DNA of 64,000 nt from Candidatus Marinacidobacterales bacterium (lineage in GTDB: Bacteria > Acidobacteriota > Vicinamibacteria > Marinacidobacterales > DATDRI01): assembly GCA_965226495.1 (NCBI GenBank), contig OZ245365.1, positions 4,416,001 through 4,480,000 on the forward strand. Direction: 5' to 3'. Both the position numbers and the translations under genes were made by a program. Positions 19,518 to 31,500 of this stretch are shown piece after piece. The notes beneath the pieces were generated by a model, which was not told where the DNA came from, did no database searches, and saw nothing but the letters and a program-made list of their open reading frames with translations. The number at the start of each line of letters is the position of its first letter. The stretch's first letter is position 1.

Positions 19518-22500
19518 TGTTTGTCGGCGATCCTCTCTAGGAGCTTTTTGAGCGAAACCTTAGCCTCCACTGTCGTGATGCGACCCGTCGCGCCCTGGAG
19601 CTCGGCGTCCGCTGCTCTATCGCCTACGAAAGTGCCACCTTTTTTCTCCAGCTCCACGTCCTTCGCACGTTGGGCACGAGGTCGTTTTGCCCCGACCGTC
19701 TTCACTTCTACGTTGAATAGCTTCCCATCTCTTTTTCTTATTATGAGGACATCGATGACGCGTCTTTGGGGATTCTTTGCTGTTTTAACCGAGATACGTG
19801 TTCCCTTGACTCTAACTTTGGGATTCCTCAGAAGTTTCTCGAGAATTATTTCTTCGCCGAGATCGCCTTGTCTCTTGATGCCCAGGCCGGTCTTTCCTTT
19901 CGGCTGCTTGCCCGAGACCGTCTTACATTGGTTGTGAACCCAGGCTTCGGTCTTTCCGACGAAATACGTATGATCTTCCGCGACTTCGAAGTTGTAAACC
20001 GTCTCCGCCCCTCGTGGCGACCCGCGCACCTGACGTACCTTGAGCCATCCGTCGCGGGCGGTGAAAATGGAATCGTCCTCCCTCAATTGACCCGCCTCCA
20101 CCCAGCCGCGCCCGGTGACCCAGAAAGGATGCTCCTTGGTGACTCCCAGCGTTTCCGAGGTTCCGTCCGAAGCCACCAAATCTAGATCGAGCGTCTCCTT
20201 GTTGGGCGTGGAAGCCGGCGTGGGATCGATCAAGCTGCCCCGATCGGTCGCCACCGCTCTCAGGTCGTAGTCGCCGAAGCTCAGACTCAGCGCATCGGGA
20301 TCGAGGTTACCTTCCCAGGGCTCGGCGAGGTCCGCGGCTCCGAGGGGCAACCAGTCGATGTCGGCGGCGGCTTTGAACTCGAACTGCACTTCGGCCACGT
20401 CTCGGTCCTCTGTGGTAGCGAGCACGTGCAGCGCCGTATCGAACGCAGTCCCGTCGAGAGGGCTGACGATGATGGCCGCGGGCGGGCGGGTATCGATCTC
20501 GGCATCGGCCGGCAAAGAGGGCTCGCTGAGATTGCCCGCTTCGTCCATAGCGAAGACTTCGTAGGTGTAGTGGCCGTCCGGTAGATTGAGATCGAGAAAC
20601 TCGTCGGGCGTGATGACGAAATTGCGAAGATCCCCGACCACCAGCCCGTCGGCATTGGCGAGGCGGTCATCGCGAAACAGGAGATAGCCGAGCAGATCGT
20701 CCTCGGTATTGGGATCCCAGTCGAGCTGCACGTCGTTGATGACGGCGTCGGGGTCGGAGGCGACCTCGGTGGCCGTCAAACCGGTGGGCGCCGCGGGCGG
20801 GAGGTTGTCGATGATCACCACCACCGTATCGACACCGACGTTGCCCGTGAGATCTTCCCCTTCCAAGCGCAACGTGAAGGGAGCGCCTTCCGTCAGCCCC
20901 AACGTGCTCCACTGAGCGAGCAGATCGCTTTGAATCGGTACCGGCGAGCGACGCAAGAGCTCGAGTGTAGTGGGCGTTTCACCCGCACCCACGAACAACC
21001 GGTACTCCTTGAAGTCGTCTTGGCTGAACGCGGTGCCTTTGACATCGACGAGTCCGCTGACGGTTTCGCCGGTGGAAGGTCTTTGGATCCGAACCGTCGG
21101 TGGCGTCACATCCACGACGAGCTCGGCCGGATTCGAAGGATCGCTCTGGTTGCCGGCGAGATCGACGGCGACCACGGTATAGACGTAGGTACCTTCGAGC
21201 AGATCCGGATCGAGGTACGTTGTATCGGGCAGGAGCTCGGTGGTGATCCGCTCGCCGTCACGGGAGACGTGATAGCCGGCAAGATCGGGCTCGGTGTTGG
21301 CGGTCCAGTTCAGCCTGGCGCTATCACCATCCTCGAGCTCAACGGTCAATTGGATGGGAGGCGCCGGCGGCGTCAGATCGACGTGGACCTCGGAGAGCGT
21401 TGAGGCTTCGTTGCCAGCGGCATCCTCGGCATGCAGCCGAAGCGTGTAGAGACCATCTGGCGGTGGGGCGCGAAGCTCGATGAGCGGACCATCCGTGACC
21501 GAGCTCAAGCCGACTCCGATCTCCGTGAACGCTGCCGCAACGTCTTTCTCGCCTGGCGCTATCGACACCGCATACCGGGTCAAATGCTCGTCGCTCGCCG
21601 TGCCCACGAGGTTCTGAACTCCGACAAGAAAACCGCCATCGTCGGGATCGGTGATCGCGACCACGGGGGGCGTGTTGTCGACCGTAACCAGGACACGGGC
21701 CTCGCCGGTCTGACCCGCCCGGTCCTCGGCAATGAGCCTCAACGTAAAGGGACCATCATCGAGCGACGAAACATCCCACTGAGTGAGCTCCGCCGCGGTT
21801 GGCAACTCCGTCGCCGCGAAGATTTCGACAAACGCATCGGGAAGAGGCGCAGCGCCCGGAGCGAACTCCACGCGGTAAGTTTCGAGATGCTCCTCCACCA
21901 CGGTACCGAGGACCGGTGTCGGACCGCTCGCCCCGGACAGGAAGCTTCCCTCTGCCGGCCCGGTGAGCGTGACGACCGGCGCGGTGTTATCCACCTCGAA
22001 CGGGATGATGACCTCGGCACGGTTCTCTGCCTGGTCTTCGGCCTCCACCCGAACCGCATAGTCGCCGTCCTCGAGAGCGTCGAGGCGTGCCAGGATGGCG
22101 TTCATCCGATTCGCGTTGCCCCGGGCTAGCTCGGTCCAGACGGGAGCGGCCGGCTCGTTGGTGATCGAGATGACGTAGCTTTGTATCCGCTCGTCTTCAA
22201 TCGATCCTTGGATGGCGGCCTCACCGGTCAAGAAGCCGTCGGGCTCGGGGGCGTCGAGCACCACCACCGGCGGCGTGCGATCGACGATCACCGTGACGCG
22301 TTCTTCTTGATTGACGCTCGGATTGCCCGGGAGCTCGGCGCGGAGAAGCACCGCATAGAGCCCGTCCGGAGCGTCGTCTCCTCCATCGGTCTTGCCGTCC
22401 CAGGGTCGCACCGCGGCGCCAAAGCCAAGCACCTGTCCATCGACGAGGGTACGAACCGGAACGTCGCCCGGTTCGAGGAGGGTCAAGAAGACTCTGGCGT

Positions 22501-25500
22501 CGATATCGAGAGCGAAGCGAATGCTCGACGTCTCGCGCCTTCCGTCGCCATTGGGTGAGAAGAGACGCGGCGTTGCCTCGAGGTCTTGAATCAAGTTGGT
22601 ACGACTCGCGAGGTTGAGAGAGACGAACGTCTCTCCCTCGTTTCCGGCTAGATCCCTCCCGAGCAAACGGAGCGTGATGTCGCCTTCGAGACCAAATGTA
22701 TTCCAGACACCGGCCACCTCGGCGTCGAGCTCCGTGGCGCTGGCGAAAATCCGCGCCCAAGTCTCGGGCGCCAACCCGATCCCGAAATCGAGGCCGTAGG
22801 CCTGGAAGTTACGATCGGAGACCGAACCCACGACCTCCACGATCATCGTGATGGGATCGCCCAACTGCGGAAAGGCGATGTTCGTCTCGGGCGGCGTGTT
22901 GTCCACCTCGACCTCGACCCACCTCCGGGCTCGATTGCCGCAAGCGTCTTCATAGTCGGCAAATACCAGGTAGGTGCCGTCGGGCACCCGGGCACCGCCG
23001 TCGTTCGTGCCGTCCCAGATCTCGAACGCCAGATCGAGTAGCGAAAAGCGCGACAAGAGCGTTCGGACGCGCGAGCCGGTCACCACCGGGCGCCGCTTCT
23101 CGTCGATAAAGCCCGGAAAGATCTCGAGGTCGACGAAGGCAAGCTCCTGGCTCTCGATCTCCAGCGTGACGTCGTCGAGCGTGCCGTCGCCATTGGGTGA
23201 GAACAGACGGAGGTCGGACCTCAAACCGGCGCCCTCCACCTCACCATCGAAGAAGAAATTTGTTTCCGTGCAAACCAGCGCACCGCCCCAGTCGCTCGCC
23301 TCCAGCCGTAGAGTGGCGTCACCGGTGAAGGCGGGCTCGTCATCGCCGTAGGTACCCAGCGTCCCCGCGATGCGGAACCCTCCAGCGGCGCCTAGCGGCA
23401 CGACAAGAGGGGGGGATATTTCGAAGGTTAGACCCGCTTGGCCGTCTCGTGACAACACGAGCCGGTACTCGGCCGCGACGTCGTCGTCGACCACGCCCTC
23501 GACGTCGAATACGTTTCGGATCTCGCCGCCGATCTCCCGGGGAACCCCGCAGATCCTCTGTCCTTCGAGGGGGAAGTTGATGGCGATGGTGGGAGGCGAT
23601 TGATCGATGGGTAGTCTAATGGTCCTCTCCGTTCGATCATCATCTACATCGCTCAACCGAAAGACGAATGACTCGATGGGCTCGAGATCCTGAGTCTCGA
23701 GCAGAAATCTCTGCGGCTCCTCTATCGGCGGCCGGTTGACGCTGAAGAGGATGTCCTCTTGTCCGTCCGGAAGCAGGCGTGCCATGGTCAAGAGCTGTAG
23801 AGAGGTGCCCTTGCCGCTGTCGGGTGTCACAACGAACTGAAGCAACTGCGGCGCCGGATCGCCACAGGATTCGGCCACCACCGGGGCGATTTCGACGCTA
23901 ATCGTGAGACAGGGGCTTTTGAAGCCTACCTCTCGCGAGCGAATGCGGCGTCGGGCGGTCTCGCCGGTGGCCGGATCGACAAACGGCTCGGTCACGACGA
24001 CCACGAAGCTCTTGTAGGCTTTGCACGCCACCCAATCGTCGAAGCCAAACAGGATGACGCCGTCGGTGACGGCCTTGGGCTCGAAGCTTTGCTCGTTGGC
24101 GTAGCGTGGATCCTCATCGCTCTGGATGAACAGCTGGATCTCTTCCAGCTCCAGGGCCATGAACTCTTGCGCCCAAAGGACGATGTCTCGGAGGCCGAAG
24201 ACATTCTTCTTCTCTTCAACGAACCGAGCTACGTCGGCCGGTGGCTCGTCCGGCGGCGTTGGCAGTGGACCGCCATAGAACAGGCCATCGGTGAGCACCT
24301 GGAAAGTGTTCGAGAAGTGCTCGTTGCCTTCGAGATCGACCATGCGCAGGCGGAGGACCGTGACCACCCCCGGCATGACGCCGGCCATGTCCCAGACGAA
24401 TTGGAACCTTGGCTCGGGAATCTCGAAGCTCGGGGGCACAGGGTTGAAACCTACCGGCAGGAATTGCTCGATGCGTGTCTCCTGCCAGAAGACCTGCGCA
24501 AAGGGCCGAAACTGCACATGGACCTCGTCGATCTCCTCTCGCACCGTTTCGGCCAGGTTGAATCTTGCGTCGCCCTGTGCGAGCTGAATGAACGCGCCGA
24601 TGCCGTCGTCGGATGTCGTGGGAACGAAGCGCACCTCCTCGAGCCGTTCGAGTTTTCCTTCCTCGCTGAGAATATGCGAGCCGAAATCGGTCACGACGAT
24701 CTCTTCGAGCCCCAGAGGCGTCGTGACGAGGGTGCGATTCCCCGCCCGGTCGCTCGCGTCGAGACGAAACCGATTTCCAACGAACTCGTCCAGATCGAGG
24801 AAACGGGTGAGGCTTCCGTCGTCCTCCGCCAGGAGGAAGCCAGGAGTCAACGGAGACCAGGACAGAGGATCGGCCCCTTCACCCAGCTCGCGGAAGTCTT
24901 CCTTCAAATTGGGATCCACGACCGTGAACACGAGCTGCGGCGAAACGCCGGCGACCTCCTCACCACTCGAGGAAGAGTTCACTCTCTGATAAGCGCTCTT
25001 CAGGAGCAGCTCGACCTCGGGTGGTGTCGAGTCGACGTGGATGAAGAACTCGAAGTTCTGCACGGTCATCCGGTACTCGCCATCGGGAACCGGCAGGCCT
25101 CTTTGGTCGCGTCCATCCCACACCAGCTCCTGGAGCCCGATCACGGGGTGATCGCGCTCGATGGTGCGGACCCGATCCCCTTTGTCGTTGAAGAATCCGA
25201 ACTCCAGACTGATTGGCTCGAGCACCCGATAACCAACGGTTGCGCTGTCCTGAATTCCGTCGCCGTTGGGAGAGATGAACTGCGGGGTGCGGAACAAATC
25301 GGTGATACTGGGGATATCGTTCCAGGAAACCCGTTTGACCGCACGGCGTTGGTTGCCCGCCAGATCGTGAACGGTGAGACGCACCAGGTAGGAGCCTGGC
25401 GAGGGCGGCACCCAGGTTGTAAAACGGGCGTCGACGACCGGCTCCGCGGCGGGCGGACCAATGGGGCTGAAGCTTCCCGGGCTCGAGGCGCGAGCGAATT

Positions 25501-28500
25501 CAAGCGTGTAGTGCGAGAAGTGAAGATCGGCGGCGGTGCCCTCGATGAGAACGCCTCCCACCGTGGACGATCGTCTCGCCCTCAAGTCGGCGGTGAGGTT
25601 CATCAGAGAGCGGAACGACCACTCGTCGGCGAACCCACGCAGGAAGCAGGGGCTGGTGACATCGTTGCGCGCGTCCCGCGACTGGAAGAGGAGCTGGCGT
25701 CCGGTGGGCGAGAAGCCGCGCACCGCCCGGTGGTTGAAGTCCTCGAAGAGCTCGACACGCCGATTGTCCTCGTCTAGCAAGAAGGCCAAGGTCCGCGAGA
25801 AGCTCGAATCGAGCACCGCGCGCTCGTTGGGAACCCAAAAGTCGTCACCAAACGTGTCGATGAAATCGTCGTCCTCCAGCGTCTCGGCCGCCGAGCCGTA
25901 GGCCTCGAAGGCAAGGCTCAACACATCGCCGGGAGCGGCGCCGATCTCGGCCAGCGGAATCTTGAACTCGTAGTACTTGTGGGGATGAAGGACGCGTCCG
26001 GTATGAGTGAAGCCAACGATGCCGTAACGAGAATCGGCGGTGGTGATACGGAACGCCTTGACGCCTTCCGAGGTTAGTACCTGAAGTTCTGCCCAGTCCC
26101 GACCGCCATCGACCGTATTGTCGACCGTGAAGTCGAGCGCGGCGTAGAGATGCTCATCGTCGCTTCCCGCCCAGCCCACTACCGTGGCCGCGGGATGGCC
26201 GGTGTCGGGCTTCGACCACTGCTCGAAGAGAGGCTCGTCGAGACCGTCAGCCGAGGTCTGGAGACCATCGACCTTCAGTCCTTCCTCGCTGGACAGTCGG
26301 TAGTTGTAAACGCCCTCCTCCCGGGGATAGCGCAAAGGACGCACGCGGAGGCCACTGAGCGTTTCCTCACGAGCGATGAGATTGAGGCGCACGGGCTCGC
26401 CTTCGGGAAGGCCACTCCACCCCAGCTCAACGCCTCGCTCGTGGAGATCGATGACCTCGTAATCCGCATAGCCGACCTCATCCAGGACGTCATCACCGGT
26501 ATCGTCTCGAAGCGCCCGGTCGGGAAGGAAGATATGGTCTCCCACGCGCAGCGTGACGTTGTCCACATGTGCCGCCTCGTGACCACTTTGCGTAATCTTG
26601 ACCTTGAACTCGCCGTCGGCGTCGGGTAGATGCTCGCTCAGATCGAGCTCTTGTTCGGCGTATTCGAGGCCGTAGTGCAACACGCCGCGCGCAACCCATG
26701 CGGTTCCGTCCCAAGTGTGGATACGATAAGACTCTCCAACCTCGAGGTGACTCTGAGCGATCGACTCGACCTCGCCGGTCACGGTATTCACGACGAACAG
26801 ACGATCGAAGAAGAAGCTAAAAAAGTCGATGCTGTAGGAGACGCGGACGACGAGCTCATCGCCAAAGCTCGACCAAGACGGTGTCTCGACGAAGTCGAGC
26901 TCGAGATCGCCGCTCTCTTGATCGGGATGCGGCGTCAGAGGGAAACGGATCGTGCGTAGCCGCTCACCCCGAGCGTCAAAGATAACCAACTGAGGCTCGG
27001 GTCCCGTTTGATCCACCACCGCCAGCCTCTGGCCGTCCGGCGACCAGGCGTGGTTGCGGGAAACGACGCCGAGGTCCGTCATCTCGCCGGTGGCGATTCC
27101 GACCAATACAGTTGCCGGGCCGCTGCTGAACTGTCGGAGAACCAATTGGCGCTCGTCCGGAGAAATCGTGATATCAAATAGAGAGCCGGTGCCTCTGAAC
27201 ACCTCACGAGGCGGCAAGAAACCGCCGAGAGGATGCGCTTCGAGGAGCCTACCCGACTCTCGGCGCACCAGCAGCGTTTCGCCGCCTTCGGCAAAATCAA
27301 CGATGTCGGTTCCAATCTGGTTGATGACCGGACGGCGGTTGTTGCCGCGCCCATCGGCCGTCCAGATCTCGCCTCGGAAGCCCTTCTCGAAAGCGATGCG
27401 CGTGCCGGTGCGATTGACCCTCAGCTCGTTGGGACTCTCGGTGGCTGAGAAAAAATCGGCCGGTATGAGCTCCTGCAGACCCCCGCCGCTCGAATCCACA
27501 CGATAGATGCCACGGGCGAACAGCGGGTCGCCCGTACCGGTGATCGCGAAGTAGAAGAACTCCTCGTCGTCGGTAGTCTGAAAATAGCTCACCGTCGGGA
27601 GCTCGCAGGTGAGATTGGTGAAGAGCTCGAAGTCGGTCCCGACCGCTCTCAGCAGCGAGGAGCGATTCGTATCGACGCTGACGGTCGCTCGCCCGATGGT
27701 GGTTCCGGCGCTGCCGACGGCAAGGAGCGCATAGTCGGCATCCGTCACCAGTCGGCCGCGGTGATCGAGACCGTCCCACTCGAAGCTTCCCGTGTCGCCG
27801 CTAAGAACGTCCGAAGTCCGGACCACCTCATCGCGCTCGTTTCTAACCTCGATGCGCACGTCCGCCGGTTCATCGAGACCATAGAAGAGCTCGGTCGAAT
27901 CCTGAATGCCGTCGCCGTTGGGCGAGATATGGCGATGGGTGACGAAGACGTTGCCTTCCTGAGCCGCCACGTTGATCTGCGCCCGGTTATTGACCTTCGA
28001 GCTCTCCAAGATCAGATCCGCAGGGTCGAGCAAGGCGACGATCGGCCGGGTCTCGCCGCCCGTGAACGTCCAGGTAAAAGACACCTCGGCGCCCGCCAAG
28101 CCTGCCACCGAGAAGACCTGATCGCCTCCCACCTGCATCCCGGCACCGTCAGGATCGCCCTCGAAGGCCTGCGCCACGACACCGTCCGCTCCCTGCTCAC
28201 CCAAGTTGCTGTTGGTCAGCGTGAGGGTGACGGTATCGCCGGGCCTCGGGAAACGCGGCTCCAGACGAAGCGCGGCAGGGGAGATGGCGAGATCCGGTAG
28301 GCTCAGCACTTCGAGCTTCTTGAAGCCCGAGTTGTCGTCCTCTCGAAACTCCGGGATGAGGTCGTCGGGATCGGCGACGACGAAGATGAAGCGGTCGCCG
28401 GCATCGGGAACCGGGCTCCAAACGAATTCCGCCATCACGCTGGCCGCCGGCGCCAGCTCAGAAATCACCGTGGTACCGATGAGCTCACCGCCTTCCCCCG

Positions 28501-31500
28501 GATTACCGTCGTAGAAGGCGATCATCACGTTGCTGGCGAGCTCGCCGCCCGAGTTGTTCACGACCGCCGCCAGCGTCACCGGCGCGCCCTCGAGTCCAGG
28601 ATCGGGCGCAAAGGACAACTCGAGCGATCGAATCGAAAGATTGGCCGGCCCAATGTCTTCCGTGGTGAAGGGAAGCAGGGCGAGATTGTTGGTCTCATCC
28701 ACCTCGGGCACCGAGGCGTCGGGGTCGAGCTCGGCCAGGAAACTCAGGTCGCCGATCCGGTCCACCCGCCACAAGACGGTTTGGGTGAGGGTTTCTCCCC
28801 CGTCGAGCTGAAGCACGTTGCGACCGAGCTCGATGACGCTGCCGCCATCGAGGATCGCGTAACGCACCGCGGTGCTCGGGGTGTCGACGGTGCCCCGATT
28901 CCGAAGCGTGATGCGGAAAGTCGCATCTTCGCCGCGCAAGGCGGCGCCGTCGACGAGCTCGACATCCGCCGGGACCACCTCCAGATCGAGGGTGGGCAAC
29001 GTCGTGACGGAGGTCGAGGCACGGTTGTTGCCCTCGCTGGCTTCGACAATGTCGTCTTCGGGGTCGAGACGAAAGGTGAAGTGGGTGACGCCCGCTTGGA
29101 GAAGTAGGTAAGAGAAGTTGACCACCGTCGTTTGCCGCTGCGGGAAGTTCACCATCTTGGTCTCGAGGAGCTCGCCACCCTCGGGGCTTCCCACCCAGAA
29201 CTCGACGCTCACGTCGGCCGCATCGGTGCGGCCCAGATTGCGGGCCTGTACGCTGAATCCGAGAGTGGTCGGGAGGGTGGCGGGCGCGGGTGGCGTCACC
29301 ACAATGTCCACGGGGCGAATCTCGAGATCGGCTTCGGCAGGAGCGGGAGCCACTTCGATGTCGAGTCGGGCGCGGTTATCGAGCTCGCTGAGCTCGTTCA
29401 CCGCGCTGTCCGGGTCCAACACGGCCACCAGGGTATGGTTGCCAGGAAGATCGAAGCTGTCCCAAAACACCTTGACCGTGGCGGTGCGCCCAGCAGAAAG
29501 GCTCGGCAGCTCGACATCCGCAAAGGAAACACCGCCCGAGTCGGGGTCGCCGTCGAAGAATCTCACCAGACCCGAGGGGGCTACCGTGGCGCCGTCGTTG
29601 GCAACCTGCAACGTGAGCTCGACCCGATCGCCATCACGAGGCTCGGCCGGAGACGCCTGGATGGGGCCTGCAAAGCGCCAGTTGAGAAACGCGGAACGCT
29701 GAAGGGCGTCGATGGCGAGCGCGGTGGCGTAGGTGCTCCCCGCCCAACTTCCTTCCAAAGTTTGTCGCGTGCGCAGATAGCTGCCGGCCTCCTCGGCTCG
29801 GATGGTCGCGAGCGCGTCCAAGGCGATGACGGTGCGTAAGACGGAGGCGGTGTCGTGGACGGTGCTCGGGCTATCGCCAAAGCCGCCGTCGGGATTCTGC
29901 CGCGAGGCCAACCACTCGAGGGCCCGTGTCGAGACCTCGGTTTGTCTTCCCACCGCCTTCAGAGCGGCGAGTACGAGGGTAGTGACGCGGGCTCGGCTGG
30001 CACCTTCGAGCACGTTGCTCCAGCCTCCATCCAGGTTCTGGTGTGCGACGAGGAAATCTCCTGCTTTCGACATGGCCGCCTCAACACCCGGCCGGTCCCC
30101 GAGCGCCAACACGGCCAGGGCGGTATCGAGGGGATCGCTTCGAAAGCCCGGCGACAAGCCCCACCCACCGTCTTCATTTTGGAGATCCAGCAGCTCGCTT
30201 CTTGCGTCTTCGCCACCATCGAGCAGACGGGTGAGGCTGCGGGCCTGGCGGGCCAGACCGTCCACGTTGGGGGGCGCGAGCGCTCCGATCCAGTCGAGCG
30301 CGCGGGCCTTGCCCGCAAAGACCGGATCCAGATCGCTCAACATCTCGAGCGAGACGGTGGTGTCGCGGAGGCGCGTCGGGGGAGTGTCCTCCCAGAAGCC
30401 TTCGGTCGTTTGCTGTAGCCGAAGCCAGGCCAAGCCATCGGCGATGCTGGCCTCGGTGGGGCGAATCGTACCGGGGTCGATCCCGGAGGGCTCGCCGCGA
30501 GCCACGTCGAGTCGTGCCTCCGGGAAGACCTGAACGATGGCCCGACCGCCGGTAACGACCGAGAAGCGGGTTTGAAAGGCGTCACGAACGCGGGACAGAG
30601 CGGCTACCAGCCCACTCGTAACCTCGTCGCCGGGACGTTTGAGAAGGATGAAAGCCGCACGGAAATCCTTCTGTGACTCCGCGGCGCTGGGGCTGCGGAG
30701 CCCCTCCACGGCGATGATGTCGTCCAAGGTGACGGGCGAGGCGGTGCCGCTGACCGTCGCTCCTCGCTCCGGCAGCCGGGTACGATCGATCTCGGGATTA
30801 TCGATCAGAAAGAACGGCTGTACTTCCTCCGGTGCGAAGAACCCCGCAAGATACAAATCGAGAGGACTGTAGAACCGGCGCGCATCGCGACCCAAAAAAG
30901 TCCCATCTCCCTGATCCCGCCAGTCGTGTCCATACATGATCGAGGCATCGGTATCGAGGAGAAAGCTCCAGTGGGCATCCTGCGCACCAAGCAAGGCTGA
31001 GCTTTCTGGACCGTTGAACTCCACGAAGCAACACCACTGGTGCATCACCTCATGCGCCATGGTGGCAAGGAGTTGTTCGAAATCCGGGTTCAGCGGGTCC
31101 GTTTTCCAGCGGCCGAGAGCGGCCATATCGACATAACCGAGGAGGCGCCCTTCGCTTCCAAAAAAATCGGTGTTATCGAAGACGGGGAGCCCGATCCCGG
31201 AAACCTGATTCTGGACCCCGAGATGAAATGCCAGAACATCGCCCGAATCGGGATCGGACGTATTGAACTCGAACGTAGTAAAGATGATGAGAAAGTCGAA
31301 GTTGTCGGGATGCTGCAGGTAGAACTCCTGCGCAATGAGGGTACGGGGCTCGAGGTTAAAGGAGCCGTCTTCGAGCTGCCGGCTGTAGTTGCCGATCAGC
31401 TCGATCACCGAGATGTGGTCTCGATCTTCGACGAATCTCGCCTCGAACTCGCCCGAAGAGATGAGCGACTCGATCGGGCCGCTGGCTTGCGCAAAAAGCA

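Noticed and set aside
19931-20209. Canonical protein-splicing intein
   Set aside because: No N-terminal nucleophile block, the residue after HN is Gln rather than Cys/Ser/Thr, and there is no homing endonuclease; fits a pretoxin Hint better
24089-25777. 562-aa plus-strand ORF, and other long ORFs such as 2206..3369, 43994..45223 and 9867..11198
   Set aside because: Antisense or alternate-frame shadows of well-supported genes in GC-rich DNA; no recognisable motifs
29690-30450. Squalene-hopene cyclase or alpha-2-macroglobulin
   Set aside because: Only QxxDGGW-type repeats; DxDD and CxEQ motifs are absent
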